From Azolla caroliniana (Eukaryota; Plantae; Polypodiophyta), in contig JBHGNT010000018.1 of NCBI GenBank assembly GCA_043228905.1, positions 7,626,001 through 7,690,000 on the forward strand: a stretch of 64,000 bases of DNA, written 5' to 3'. Below, piece by piece: positions 35,063 through 48,766 of the stretch (the first letter of the stretch is position 1; each line of letters begins with the position of its first letter). Under the pieces are notes generated by a model. It searched no databases and was not told the DNA's origin. It saw only the letters and a list, made by a program, of their open reading frames with translations. A program made the position numbers and the translations under genes.

Positions 35063-38000
35063 GTCTTGCGTCCACTCACACACACAAAGCTCGCTTTCGT
35101 TGCACAACACCATGATCTACGTATTTTATTCTTAACATGGTATCAGCGTGATTGGTAGCCTGATCAAGCTCATCCACGTGTGTTGTTTCCAAGCCCATGT
35201 TCATGAAGAACCGGTTGATCGTTGTAGTAGCAACCTGCACAATTTGCATCGAGAGAAGAAGAAAACGAAAACTCGCTCCATATAAATCGATATCATGAAC
35301 ACTCAAATGGGAAGCACTCTTCCTAAGGAGAAGCTCAATAGAACAAACTTCGCATCTGGGGAGTACAAGATGCATCAATACCTTGTCGGACAAGGTTACT
35401 GGAGCTATATAGAGGGAGTTCATTAAACGAAACGAAACCCAACACACGCCAACTACCTAGTTCGTAGTGAGGCATAGAGCACATTCGATGTTAGCATAGG
35501 GCCCAACAAGAACCTCTTCCTCAGACAATGTATGGTTTGTAAACTCAAGAGTGTCCAATCACATGACATCCCATGAAGATTGGTTTTGAGAGTTGATAAA
35601 GCCTAATCAACCCGGCTTTGTCGAAACCGGAGACGACACAACCCACTCGATTCGGCATATTGGAAATGTCCCATTCGGGAACGATGGAAAACAAACCTAC
35701 CTAAAGAACATACTACATGTCCCAACCATCACGAAAAATCTAGTATGGGCAGGCCAAATTGTCGAACAAGGCATGCAAGTACGATTCAATAATGAAGGGT
35801 GCTTTATTGAGAAAGAAGGTTGATTAGTCACTCACGATCGAAGAGAAGGCTGAATGTTCATCCTCAAATCGAATGAGGTGAAGTCAACCATGTTCGCGAA
35901 AGGCCTCAAAGTTGAAACCGACTTGAAACTGTGGCACAAGTGAATTGGTCACATCAATCTACAAAAGGTTAAAGGAATGCGGTCGAAAGGAGTCGTAATG
36001 GGACTCTTGACATTGACTGAAAAGGAGATAGTAGGTGGATGTGAACCCTGTCAATTCGACAAACAACATGGACAACCATTCCTGAATGAGAGGAATGTGA
36101 GAAAAGGGATCTTGGATGTAGTACATTAAGATGTGTGGGGACCAGCCCAGACAACAACATTTGGTGGTTGCCAATATTATGTCACGTTCATCGATGGCTT
36201 CTCGAGGCATGTTTAGATCTATCCTTTGCGGTAGAAGAGTGAAGTGTTTGGACACTTCCAGAGGTTTAAAAACAAAGTCGAAAAAGCCACAAGTCGGCAT
36301 GTCTGATGCCTTCGATCGGATGGAGGCAAGAAGTATTTCTTGGATGATTTCACATCATATCTCCGAAAGGAAGGAATTCGACGAGAATTCTCATGTCGAT
36401 AGACACCTCAACAAAATGGAGTAGCCGAACGGAAGAATTGGCATATAGGAGAGGTGGCAAGAGGAATGATGAAATAGAAGAACCTGCCGAAATCGTATTG
36501 GGCAGAAGTGGCTAACACAACCGTCTATCTCATGAATAGGTGTATGACCTCTAGGGGTACACTACGTAACCCCACATGAGAAGTTTTTCGGAAAGAAGCC
36601 GGATCTATCACATATCCCAATATTCGGCCCGATCGCTTACATGCATATTCCTGGCGAGAAGTCGGAGAAATGTATCCTTGTAGGGTACTCACTCGAACAA
36701 ATGCTATAACCCATCTACCGAAAAAGTTCGAGTGAGTTGGGACGTCGTCTTCGACGAATCGGCATCCTGGTACGAACTAGAGACAACACCGACTCCGACC
36801 CCAGTCGACCAGGAATCATCCGAACAAGAACTAGACATCGAAGGTCGACTTAGGCACATGTTCGAAGAAAGTCTACTTATGACAAGGTTGAGTGGACCAA
36901 AAGAGCCCCCAAGTGACCAAAGCACAGCTCGGCCAAGTTCGAAGCTAGACAAAGGAAACTTGGCCAAAATGCCGGAATACGAAGATCTGATCGACAATGA
37001 GTCGACTCACTCTCTTGATAGTGAGCCCGAAGGCCTCGATATGCCAATCATCTGGACAAATGGAGTCAAGAAATCCATTACCTCAGAAAACGAAAAGCTC
37101 TGTTGCTCGACCCGAGAGAAAAACCTGGTCAGTCGATTTAGCTACGATGAGTATATGGCATACCATTATGCCTTTATGATGAAGGTGGCGACATTTTCCG
37201 GAAACATTTTCCGAGGCACCCAAGGATCCACGCTGGATCGACGCCATGAACAATGAAATCTAGGCTCTATGCAAAATGAGACATGGGATATCATTGCCCA
37301 TTCTGCACATAAGAAAGCGATCGGCTATAGGTGGATATATAAAGTAAAATATAATGATGATGACTTGGTAAATCGCTTCAAGGCCAGCCTCGTCGCCAAG
37401 GGATATGCCCAAACACACGTAGTTGATTACGAGGAAACCTTTGCCCCCGTGGCAAAGATGACGCCTTTTCGAACAATCATTGCCCTCATAGCCACAAAAG
37501 GGTGGCACCTCCACCAAATGGACGTGAGGAACGCCTTCCTAGAAGAGGAGGTCTTCATGATTTAACCACCCGGTTTTGAATCAATCAAACATCCGACAGC
37601 AGTCTGCCGACTCAACAAGCCATTATATGGACTCAAGCAAGCATGCATGCTTAGCATTCGAAGATCATCCAATATCTTCACCAAATCGGCTTTCGAATGT
37701 TGAAATCAGACAACTCTCTATACACCCGGAGCGAGTCGGACAACCCGATTGTCATCATCCTGTACGTGGATGATCTGGTCATTGCAGGAAAGGATCTCGC
37801 CGACATTAATAAGGTCAAAATGCTCCTATCCGGTAGATTCAAAATGAAAGACATGAAGCAGCTCCATTACTTCCTCGGTATCGAAGAAATTCGGAAACCA
37901 GTCGGGATATTTATCTCTCAACGACACGACATCCTCAAATTACTCTACAAGTTCGGGATGAGTAAGTGCAAACCTGTGTCAACCCCTCTCAATCGAAATG

Positions 38001-38090
38001 TCAAGCTCGTTGTCGATTCGGGAACAACAGATTGTGAGCTGACTCAGCATCGTCAACTGATTGACAACTCAATCTATCTAACCATTACCC
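34845..38090 (+). mobile_element. Degenerate Ty1/copia (partial 5' LTR to 35137 with (CT)n, PBS, gag deletion, PR, INT, RT)
   Basis: CTTAACA TGGTATCAG, VETGDD, WHLHQMDV and ILYVDDL. Cut by the next element at 38091. Confidence 0.88.
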
Positions 38091-41000
38091 TGATGGTGCA
38101 ATGTGCGTGCAGAAAGTTATGTGAGGATTTGTTGTATGTGCTTGGCATAGAACACAGAAGGAAGACAAGAGAATAGGCAGAAGTTATAGGTGGTTTAAGC
38201 TTTAATGGAAGCTTTGTTATTACATTCTGTCTCTCTCTCTCTCTATCTCAGAGACTTTGTACAAGAATGATCAAGAGGCATCTTCTTTACAACGTTAGGT
38301 TATCTCTTATATACTAAGTACTAACTATATGGACAAGTTCACACTAGGATACAAAGTGGAAGGAGTCGGCCTTTTATGCCAACAAACTCCCCCGTAAAAA
38401 CACTACTCTTTCCTACATGTACATGTGTTTGGGGTTGTCTCCCCCGTAAACCTAGATTACAATATTAATCAAAATTTATGTTACAAGTCGGTCGACATAT
38501 AGTCAAGTCGGCATAGGTGAGGTCCATGTCGAGCCTAGCATGAGGCATTATCATGATTGATTCGGTCGACTCTCACCTTCTGCTCCTCGTTCGGTTTTCT
38601 TCTGCTCGGTTGCTTGTTGTAGTCCCATGTTTGTCCTTAGTGCTCCGAAGCTTTGATCTGGGAGTGGCTTTGTCAGGCAATCGACGATGTTCACCTCGGT
38701 GTCGATCTTCCGGACTTTGAGCCTCTTCTCAATTATGATCTCCCGCATGTGATGATACCATACCTCAATGTGCTTCGTCTTTCCATGATAGATGGGATTG
38801 TTAACGAGGTGAATTGTGCTCTGTGAGTCACAATAGATGGTCAGTGATGGTTTCTCGATTCAGCTTGTAGATGAGAAGTTGGCAGACAGTCGATGTAGTT
38901 AACTTCCGATTGTCCGTAATTCCGGCATAGTTGGAGTTAGTCTAGCCTTCGACTTCGGCTGAGGTTGTCAAACCGAAAGTAAGCTATGTATCTTCAGTCC
39001 CTCTCAGGTACCTAAAAATGTGCTTGACGGTCTCCCAATGCTTCCGTCCTGGGTTTGACATGTACTTGCTGACCACTCCTACAACATAGGCTAGGTCGGG
39101 TCAAGTCGCCACCATTGCATACATGATACTTCCTACGGCCGATGCGTAGGGCATATTTCCATTAAGCTCTCTCCCCTTGTCCATTGAAGGAGAGTCTCTG
39201 CCTGATAGTCGGATCAATGTCAGAAGCTGTGTTGGTGCTGGCTTCACATTCCCCATGTTGAAGCGCCTTAGTACCTTCCGGATATAGTCGGACTAGGAGA
39301 GTCGGAGAGTCTTGGTTATCCGATTTCGCTTGATCCTCATGCTCAGTATGTGACGGGCTTGTCCAAGTTCCTTCATCACGAACTTGTCATGAAGGCTCCA
39401 CTTCAGCTTTCCGATCTCTGATTGATTGCTTATTGCAATCATCATGTCATCGACATATAGGATCAGATAAATCCTAGACTCATCGGCCAGTTGTTGAATA
39501 TACATGGATTGGTCAGAGTCGGATCGGTGGTATCCAAGTGGCCTGATGTAGGAGTCAAACTTCTGGTACCACATCCTCGGTACTTGTTTCAAGCCATAGA
39601 GGCTTTTCTTCAGTCGACATACGAGGTGACTTTCCTCCCCCGTCGTTGTCAAGCCTGCAGGTTGAGACATGTAAATGTCTTCTTCCAGATCTCCATGTAG
39701 GAATGTCGTCTTTACGTCCATTTCCTCGAGCTCCAGGTCTTATGTCGCTATAGCTCCTAGTAGGATTCGGAGGGTGGTCATCTTGACTATTGGTGAGAAT
39801 ATCTCGTCGTAGTCAACCCCGTGTTCTAGTTTGAAACCTTTCACGACAAGCCGACCTTTGTACTTGGGTTTCTTTGAGTCAAATACATATTTGTATCGGA
39901 AAACCCATTTGCAAGGTAGCGTCTTTCTTCCAACTAGTAGTTTGACCAGCTCCCATGTCTGATTCTTGTGAATCGAGTCCATTTCTGATTTCATGGCTTG
40001 TAGTCATGTTTTGGCGTCCATTGTAGCCATAGTTTTTTCGTAAGTTCTTGGTTAGCCTGCATCGGTGTAGTTTACGTAGTCGAGGTTAGGTTGGTACTAC
40101 TCTATCTGCCTTTGAGCTCGTCTAGATCTCCTGGTTACCAAGATAAGAGGTTCGGAGTATTCGATTGGCTCTGTCGGTCGATTGGTATTTGTTGAACCGT
40201 TTGTGCCCGGAGGCTTGTAAGGTGACCAGCCCCCAAGTCGGGATTTCGGTGGTGTCACATTGTCCTCCCCTATGAACTACTCGCATCTTCGACTCCATTA
40301 TGTTTCCTACTCACATCTTGTTGACTATGCCTTCTTCGACTCTTGTCGAATTGGCTCTGTCTTTGATGGCTTTGCCTTCGAGTTAGACTAGTCGACTTCC
40401 TACCAATTCAGAGTTAGCAGGTATGTTGTCAACGGTGATAGATTTACCAAACATACTACTGTCTTCAATGCTTTAGCCCAGAACTCCAACTTTAGTCCAG
40501 CTTGTTGGAGCATTGTCGTCACCCTCTCCTGGATCGTTCAGTTGATCCATTTTGTGACTCTATTCTGCATGGGTGTGTAAGGAACAATCTTTTGATGTCT
40601 GATCCCTTTGTTGGACAAGTACTGCTTGAAGGTTCTGGAGGTATATTTGCCTCCGTCGTTAGATCAGAGTGTCTTCACTTTGTGTCCCGACTGGTTCTCC
40701 ACTTCAGATTGCCACAGAGTGAACACCTCGACCTCTTCATCTTTGGACCTGATCGAGTAGGTCTGCACCGTCCGTGTACAGTCATCTACATAGGTGATGA
40801 ATTACCGGGAACCTCCTAGTGATTGCCCTGGCATGGGCCCACATATATCTGTGTGCATGAGCTTTAGGGACTGTCGTACCATCTCGTAATGGAGAGTGTG
40901 CGGACTTCGAGTCTGTTTCCCGTATCGACAATGCTCACAAAAGTCCGTCTTTGCTTGGAGTTTAGGGATGTAGCCAACCGTCATCAGTCGATTGAGTCGG

Positions 41001-42459
41001 GCTTGAGACATATGGCCAAGTCTACCATGTCATATGTTTGGGTCGGTATGTTCGGCCCCTTCTGGATTGATCGCCATCAATGGGTACAAGTTATTGTACT
41101 TATGCCTATCTCCTATCTTCAGGTTTCCTTGGCTGATCATCCATGTTGACTCACTAAGAGTCGTTCGGTACACGTATTCGGCTAACATGCCGATGGAGAC
41201 CAAACTCCGTTTCAGATTGCGTACGTGCCGAACTCGGTGCAGGCTTATTGTGTTGCCGTTTGGCAATCTGATGGGAACCTCTCTAGACCTTGCTATTCTG
41301 CACTCCTGCCCGTTTCCTAGTCGGATTGTACCACTGGCATTGGTTGAATAGTTCGAAAACCATTCAATGTTGGGGGTCACGTTGTTGCGCAACAATTTGC
41401 CTTTCAAAACTCTAGCACAATACATCTAGAAACACAGAAGGCACATCATCATGGGGCACCATAACAACATCTTTGAGTTTCAGAGAGACCATAAACACAA
41501 AAGGAGATGAATGGGTATGACAAAGACAATCAATGAAGAAATATGAGAGGGGAGGATCTATATCAAGAGTTGATAATATTATATATATATATATAAATTC
41601 TCACTACACCAAAGAGGGTTTACAATATTTTATGATAATCATTCATGTACAACAAATAAGAGATTGGAATTGACAAAGATATATATCATAATCTATGAAA
41701 AGAGGAAAGGAGAATGAAAATAGAGTATCTATTAACAAGACGGATATAAAAACACACTACATCAAGAGAGATCTTCTTAGGCTATCCTATTCTCAAGGCT
41801 TCCACACTTATACTTATATACTATAGGGGCTTAATTGTTAGTTCTTGCATGTATCTTGCCACGTGTCATACATGTAACACTTCAGCCACTTTCCTTTGCA
41901 TGCAACCGATAGATTTTGTTATTTGGATATGAAGACGCTTGATTCTATCCACGACTTCTAGACATTTGTAGCACGTCGAGCAAGCTTTCGAAAGAACATT
42001 TATTTATTTAAATCCAAGATAAACACTAGTAAACTACTAATATCCTTCATATGTACCTTATCCTTGTCTTGAGCAGCAAGTACCTGAAAATATTTCACAA
42101 ATATGTACAAGTAAAAGTTTCACTCTTTGTACTTTAAGAAGCTATTGTCATTGAGGAGCTCATTATGCATAAATGATATGGGTTTAATATCACCCCATTG
42201 ATCCTTTCTCTCATTAATGACGCATCCATACTCTTTAGCTCATATGTTCCATTGGTAAACCTCTTATGGATTACATAAGGTCCATCCCACCTATGCTTGA
42301 ATTTTCTTTGAATATACTAAGACCAACATACCCTCTATCAAGTTTTTTTCCCTTGCTAGTGCTTGACTTCTTTCATCCCATTGTGGACACAAGTCTTCAT
42401 AGAAATGTATTTGAGTCCGGTCGTGGGCTGGTGGGAGGAACAAGAGAGAATGGTTCAAT

Positions 42460-42598
42460 ACGGCGTCTAACAGGCAAATCAAGAATTTCACTCGAATCCT
42501 AGACTTTAGCACCTTGCTGTTTATGGTGTTTCATGATCAGTATCGGAAACGAATGGAGAAGCGGTAGAACGTGCGGAACCGCATATTGGATTATTCTA
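42460..42598 (+). pseudogene. nad7: Mitochondrial nad7 exon 1, unedited, with a 1-bp deletion
   Basis: After editing it reads MASNRQIKNFTLNF(G)[32 protein letters not shown]. 139 nt plus 1 deleted nt places the intron at position 140. Confidence 0.92.
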
Positions 42599-42776
42599 GT
42601 GCGGCATGAAGTTGCTGGCGCCGAGTCGGCCGGATGAAAGCCATTAGCGATGCTCCGCTTGTTCCCTGGCACGGGCGGCGCGCGAAGGCAACTTCCGCAT
42701 GGTGGAATACTGGAGAGTTCTTCCCGTCGGGTGTTATTCCTATGTCTAAGTCCGTCTCTCACATCTGGCCCGAGAG
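42599..42776 (+). other. 5' part of group II intron nad7i140
   Basis: Starts GTGCGGCATGAAG exactly at nad7 position 140. Confidence 0.85.
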
Positions 42777-45700
42777 ATAGCCATCCACACATTGATAAAT
42801 AAATCATGCATAGCTTCTTTTCGTATATCCATTTGAAATTCATCGTGCACTCCCAAACACTCCATCATTTGAATAGAAGGAAACAACACATTTGCAGGCA
42901 TCATTGCATCCTCCCCATATACTAAGTGGAAGGGAGTAAAACCTATGGAAAGCTTATGTGTCATCCTACATGCCCATAGTGCTTTGTTTAACTCTATATC
43001 CCAACTCCGTGGATACAAGTCCACAAGCTTGAACAATGGCTTATGTATAGTCCCATTAAAGGACTCCACCAATCCATTACATTGTGGGTGATATGGAGTA
43101 GCTCTTTTATGTGCAATCTCCAAATGAGTGATCAAATCTTTAATAAAATCTCCTCTAAATTCAGAACCAAAGGCACACCAAATCTACATACTACTTGTTC
43201 AAAACCAAACCTTGCCATTTCTTCGCTTGTTGCAGTACGTGTAGCCCGTGCTTCTAGCCATTGTGAAACATATTCTACTACTGACATAATGTATACTTTG
43301 CCACTAGTAGAACTAGGTAATGGCCCAATGATATCTAAACCCCACTTAGAGAATATCTTATAGCTAACAATCCTCCCTGGAGGTTCATGCATTAATCTTC
43401 TTTGTTGATATAATTGACATTCATGACATGACCTACACCAATGTACCACATCCCTATACATGCTTGGACATGTTAATTGAGTTTGCATGATCTTCCTTTT
43501 AGTATATTTTATTCCAAAATGGCCTCCACATCCTTCCTCATGACACATAGACTAACATTCTTGAATCTCATCATGCCGTCATACACGTTTAAGCACCCCA
43601 TCTATATCTTTCAAATAAAGATCATCATGTATTATCACATACCTTTGTGCACGATGTGTTATGCCAAGATTCCTATGATATGGGAGCTCTTTTCTAGCCC
43701 TTCCTGTCCTTAAAACATATTCCTCCTCTTTTAGGCTCTGTCGACCTTTGTATGATGGCATATTTATAACATGCATTCCCACTTCTTCTGCTATTATCTT
43801 GCTTGCTAGGTCATGAGCCCTTGCATTCTTATCTCTTGGGATATGCTGAAATTGATACTCCACAAACAAGCGTTGCAATTGCATCACTTGTTGGAGAAGG
43901 GGACGAAGACTACCCTTTTGCACCTTCCACACCCCCAACACTTGTCTTATAATCAACAATGAATCTCCCTTCACCATCAAACTTCTAATTCCTTTTTCCA
44001 TGCATAATTGTAAGGAATGAATTAAGCTAAGATACTCAGCCTCATTGTGACTATTCGCTTCAATGTGATCAGTTCCACTCCATAATTGATGACATTCTCT
44101 ATTCACGAAAGCATATCCAATTCCTGCAATCTTTGTTTTTTGCTAAAAATCACCATAAAAATATAATACCCCTTCAAACTTTTTCAACATTATTTCAGAC
44201 TCACTGATTGGTTTGACATGATCATCTATCTCTTTTACACTCTTAGTTGACACAAGCTCCTTATAGGTAAGCAAATCCGCCTAATAGTTTCTTCTTTAAT
44301 AAAACTTACTTCAAACTCTTGTATAATCATTATCCATCGTTGCATACGTGGGCTATCTCCTAGAAATCTTAACATATCTTTCTTTTGTTGAGAAACTTGC
44401 ATAGACCCTGTAAGTTCAGCTTGGATGATACAAAGCTTACTTAGTTCATCAGCCATCTTTGCCACTTGTTGTGCAAGATCCATTGCCCCACTTGTAGAAA
44501 ACGTGTTGCGCAAGAATTTGCCTCTCAAAACTCTAGCACAATACATCTAGAAACACACAAGGCACATCATAACAACATCTTTGAGTTTAAGAAAGACCAC
44601 AAATACAAAAGGAGATGAATGGGTATGAAAAAGACAATCAATAAAGAAATATGAGAGGGGAGGATCTATATCAAGAGTTGATAATATTATATATAAATAT
44701 ATATAAATTCTCACTACACCAAAGAGGGTTTAGAATATTTTATGATAATCATTCTTGTACAACAAGTAAGAGATTGGAATTGACAAAGATATGTGAAAAG
44801 AGAGATGATGATAGAAAAGAAAGAGAAGTAAGATATATAAACCCAAATCTACAAAGATATATTAATAAGGAGTGATCATCATAGAAACAAGAGAAAGAAG
44901 ATACATAAACTCAAGCCTACAAGGATGAATTGATCACCAGAAAAACGCACTATATGAATAGGCAAGAAAAACACCACAAGAAAAAAACTCTCCTCACCAC
45001 CTCACTCTTCTTGCTTTATATGAAGTTCTCCTCTAGTAGATAAGTTTCGCTTGCTTTCTTTTCCACGCTTTTTTTAGAGCTTTTCCATCTCCTATTCTTA
45101 GCTATGACACAACGATCTGCTAATCGTCATATCTCCCTCATCCATGCTCCAAATTTAGAGTTTTAAAAAGCTACGGATAGCTCTCGTCATAAGCTTTCTA
45201 ATCCATATTTGGGTGTCAAACGAGAGAGTTATGAGCGTTTGTTTCTGATTGCTTTTTGGTGGTCTGCTTTTTCCTTCTTTTACTTTTCTCCATCTCTCTT
45301 GCTTTTAGTTTGACTTATACTTGAAACCTTAGCTCGTGTTCTTGGCCTTCGGGTGTGAATGCTCCATACCTTATATTTTTGTAGAATTCAATACCTTGAA
45401 TTCTAAAATCACTTTCACAATATGTATCATAATTTATGAAAAGAGGAAAGGAGAATGAAAATAGAGTATCTATTAACAAGACGGATATAAAAACACAGAC
45501 TACATCAAGAGAGATATTCTCAGGCTATCCTATTCTCAAGGCTTCCACACTTATATACTATAGGGGTTTAATTGTTAGTTCTGGCATGTATCTTGCCACG
45601 TGTCGCACATGTAACACTTCAGCCACTTTCCTTTGCATGCAACCGATAGATTTTGTATTTTGGGTATGAAGACACTTGATTCTATCCATGAACCCTTCTC

Positions 45701-47112
45701 AACATTTGTAGCACATCGAGAAAGTTTCGAAAGAACGTTTATTTATTTAAATCCAATATTCCCTTGAAATATTACGACGAAAACATTGACTGCCTATTGT
45801 AAAGGCATTCTTTGACTATCTCACATCAATTCATCTTGATTCTTCAAATCTACCGTCGACTAAAGCATCCACAATCATGCCTAAAGTGTCATAACCAGCT
45901 TGTGTCCATGTTTTACTATCTTTTAATCACTTTGTTGAGCACAAGTATTTACAACATGACAATGTGGAATGTGGTACCGGAATCCAGTAACTACGTGTGT
46001 GCATCTTGTACATTGTAGAGGACTTCTCCGATCATAGAGTCCTGTAAGGAGGGAATTTCTCCGGATCAAGTGTCGGCAACGTTGATTTGGTTGCCGACTG
46101 GAGAGTGATCTGAGTCAGGTTGTCCTCGATTCCACTCGGATTGCCTACCACTCCCTTTCCTCTTTATCAATCAACAATCTGAAATATTGTGGCCACCGTT
46201 TCTGCAATGTCTGTAGAATGCGCTTGATCAGCTCGTTCTCTACTTCGACTGTTGTCGGTTTCCCCTCATTTTTGATCGGTTGGTGTTCCGACCAGTTCTC
46301 TTGGCTTGTTCTCTCGTTCGACTCTATCGGTCGAATGAGTCCGTTGTGTGATGGGCTTCTGCCGATTCATCGATGATAAGTCCCATCGATTTTTGACGAA
46401 TGTCCTCGGTGAGGACTTGGCCGATTGTCTCATCCAGATTTAGGATCGATCGGCTATTGGCGTATGTTGTGCAGAATACCTCCCAACTCGCCGGCAAGCT
46501 CGATAAGAGGGCAACGACTTTCACTTCTTCTTCGAAGTTGATCCCTTGTGAGGAGAGTTCTGACAATACCCGGCTGAAGGTGTTGATGTGAGAGGTAGTC
46601 GGATCGGTCTCTCTCATCTTCATATTGAACAACTCGCCGGCAAGCTCGCTAAGAGGGCAACGACTTTCACTTCTTCTTCGAAGTTGATCCCTTGTGAGGA
46701 GAGTTCTGACAATACCCGGCTGAAGGTGTTGATGTGAGAGGTAGTCGGATTGGTCTCTCTCATCTTCATATTGAACAATTGTTTGATCAAGATCAATTTT
46801 GAAGATGAGGACTTTTTCTCGTACACGGCTTGTAGCTTCTCCCATAATGAGAACGATATGCTGAAATAGACATTTTCGTCTCTTTTGCCATGCTGAAATA
46901 GACATTTTCGGCTAGGTGCATTCGAATGGTGTAGCATGTGATTTCGTCCATTGATCTCCACTCATCGAATCGTGAAGCAGGCTTTTGGGAATGTCAAATG
47001 ACCTCGACCCGTCTTCGAATAATCAGTACGTCCTGCATCATCTCCTTCCATAGGGCATGGTTTTGCCATCGAATTTCGGATGTCAACTCCTGTACTGGAT
47101 GTTGATGCCATG

Positions 47113-47494
47113 ATTAAGGGATAGAGATTTAGGAAGGGGTTGTTCGTGTCGCCAAGAAACTCACAGCCTACGACTGGGCAACAACTTTCCTATCTATCTG
47201 TATAAGGTTTTGTTGTTTCAGTTTTTCTGTCATCTCGTTCCTTCCACCCAATCGAGTGAAGATTGTTACCAAGGTTGTACCTTGATGCATATGTATTCCT
47301 CTAGTGAAACCTCGAGAGGTTATTCTCACTTGTAGTCTTAACAAAGTCAAAGGTTTTTGTACCCTAAGGGTTTGGTGGTTTTTCCCTTTTGGGTTTTCCA
47401 CGTAAAATGTGGTGTATTCTATTTTAAAGTTGTGTCAGTCATTTATTGAGTTGGTTGTCTACGTTCGTCCTAATTCTTCCCAATATTCCTAACA
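47113..47494 (+). repeat. Truncated copia LTR related to 31684-32267, opposite orientation
   Basis: Shares GGGTTTTCCACGTAAAAT and GGGGTTGTTCG blocks and ends CCTAACA. Confidence 0.8.
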
Positions 47495-47750
47495 CTATCA
47501 GAGACTACAACATTCATTGCGAGAATCAACATGTGTCCTCCCTACAAATAGAGTCAAACAAACAATACATTGAATACATAAGACACCCTATAAGTGGATT
47601 AGGGTTTGGATTAATTAGCTCTTAACTTCAAATGGAAGATTAAGAGGATAGTGTGAGAGCACATACTCTCATGAATTAAAAATACATATGTTTTCCGTAT
47701 GTTTACAATTGTTGAATGAGAAACAAAAATGGACATGATCTCGACTCATG

Positions 47751-48766
47751 TAGGGGTACAAGCATGGGAATGGAAACACTAATATAGCTAATTCGTTGCT
47801 AAAATGTCCATCCCAATTTAGCTATTTGTTTAGCTAATTTTTCGTGGGCAATTCATAAGGATCCTTTATGAATTTTTTTTGCTTTATTACATGTCACTTA
47901 TTACGATGAATAAGTGATTTATGGGAATACTCAAAATTTAGAAATTTGGTTTCTAACGTAGTGGAACCTAGGGAATAGTGTCTTCAATAGTGTAGTAGCT
48001 AAGTAGCCAATCTATAGTGTAGTAGGTAATTAGCTAAGTTGTAGGTAATTAGCTAAGTAGTATCAAGAGTTGTTCAACTGATTAGCTATTGTCATACTTA
48101 AGTATAGTAGCTAATTAGCTAATATGTAGCTAATTAGCTACTGCCAATCTATAGTGTAGTAGGTAATTAGCTAAGCAATAACAAGAGTCGTAGTTAATTA
48201 GCTACTACCATACATAACTATAATAGCTAATTAGCTAAGCAGTATAGCTAAAAGTCATATTGAGAGTGTAGCTAAGATGTAGCTAATTAGCTATTGTCAC
48301 TCTATAATGTAGTAGGTAATTAGCTAAGTTGTAGGTAATTAGCTAAGTAGTATCAAGAGTCATTTAGCTAATTAGCTATTGCCATACTTAAGTATAATAG
48401 CTAATTAGCTACTACCAATCTATAGTGTAGTAGGTAATTAGCTAAGTTGTAGCTAATTAGCTAAGCAATATCAAGAGTCGTTTAGCTAATTAGCTACTGT
48501 CATACTTAAGTGTGGTAGCTAATTAGCTAAGACGTAGCTAATTAGCTATTGCCAATCTATAGTATAATAGGTAATTAGCTACATTCTAGCTAATCAGCCA
48601 CTAATATCAAGAGTCGTAGCTAATTAGCTACTGCCAATGTTTAGTTGTCAGCTAAGATGGTAGAAAAGCACAAGTGTAATGGATAAATAACTTCAAGAGC
48701 CATAACTACACCTAACGAGAAAAAGGGTAGCTAAAGAGAAGTTGCTAATTAGCTAACATGTTGTAG
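47751..48766 (+). mobile_element. Deleted second copy of the hAT-like element: terminus (47751-47985) fused to TAGCTAAT array
   Basis: TAGGGGTACAAGCATGGGAATGGAAACACT matches the reverse complement of 23600-23841. The array ends at the same catgttgtag acceptor context as 3419. Confidence 0.75.

Larger units (their letters stand above)
42411..42776 (+). other. Nuclear mitochondrial insertion (NUMT) inside gypsy integrase
   Basis: GC- and CpG-rich 366-bp block. Removing it restores the integrase reading WMAI-HFYED. Confidence 0.9.
41383..45961 (-). mobile_element. Internally deleted Tat-like Ty3/gypsy element with archaeal-type RNase H
   Basis: LTRs at 44504-45961 and at 41383 to about 42017 (the latter with deletions). 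4-bp TSD ACGT/ATGT. aRH NEAEY...GDSLLII...HIPRDKNARAH lies before INT (KWGLDIIGP, YHPQCNG). PR and RT are missing. Confidence 0.85.
38091..47112 (-). mobile_element. Degenerate Ty1/copia (3' LTR about 38091-38384), interrupted by a gypsy element in its protease
   Basis: PPT GGGGGAG, RT (MDVKTTFLHG, LYVDD), INT, and gag UBN2 at 46324-46961 with a tandem duplication of about 146 bp. LLDSGTTFH|VTP is split by the insertion. Confidence 0.88.
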
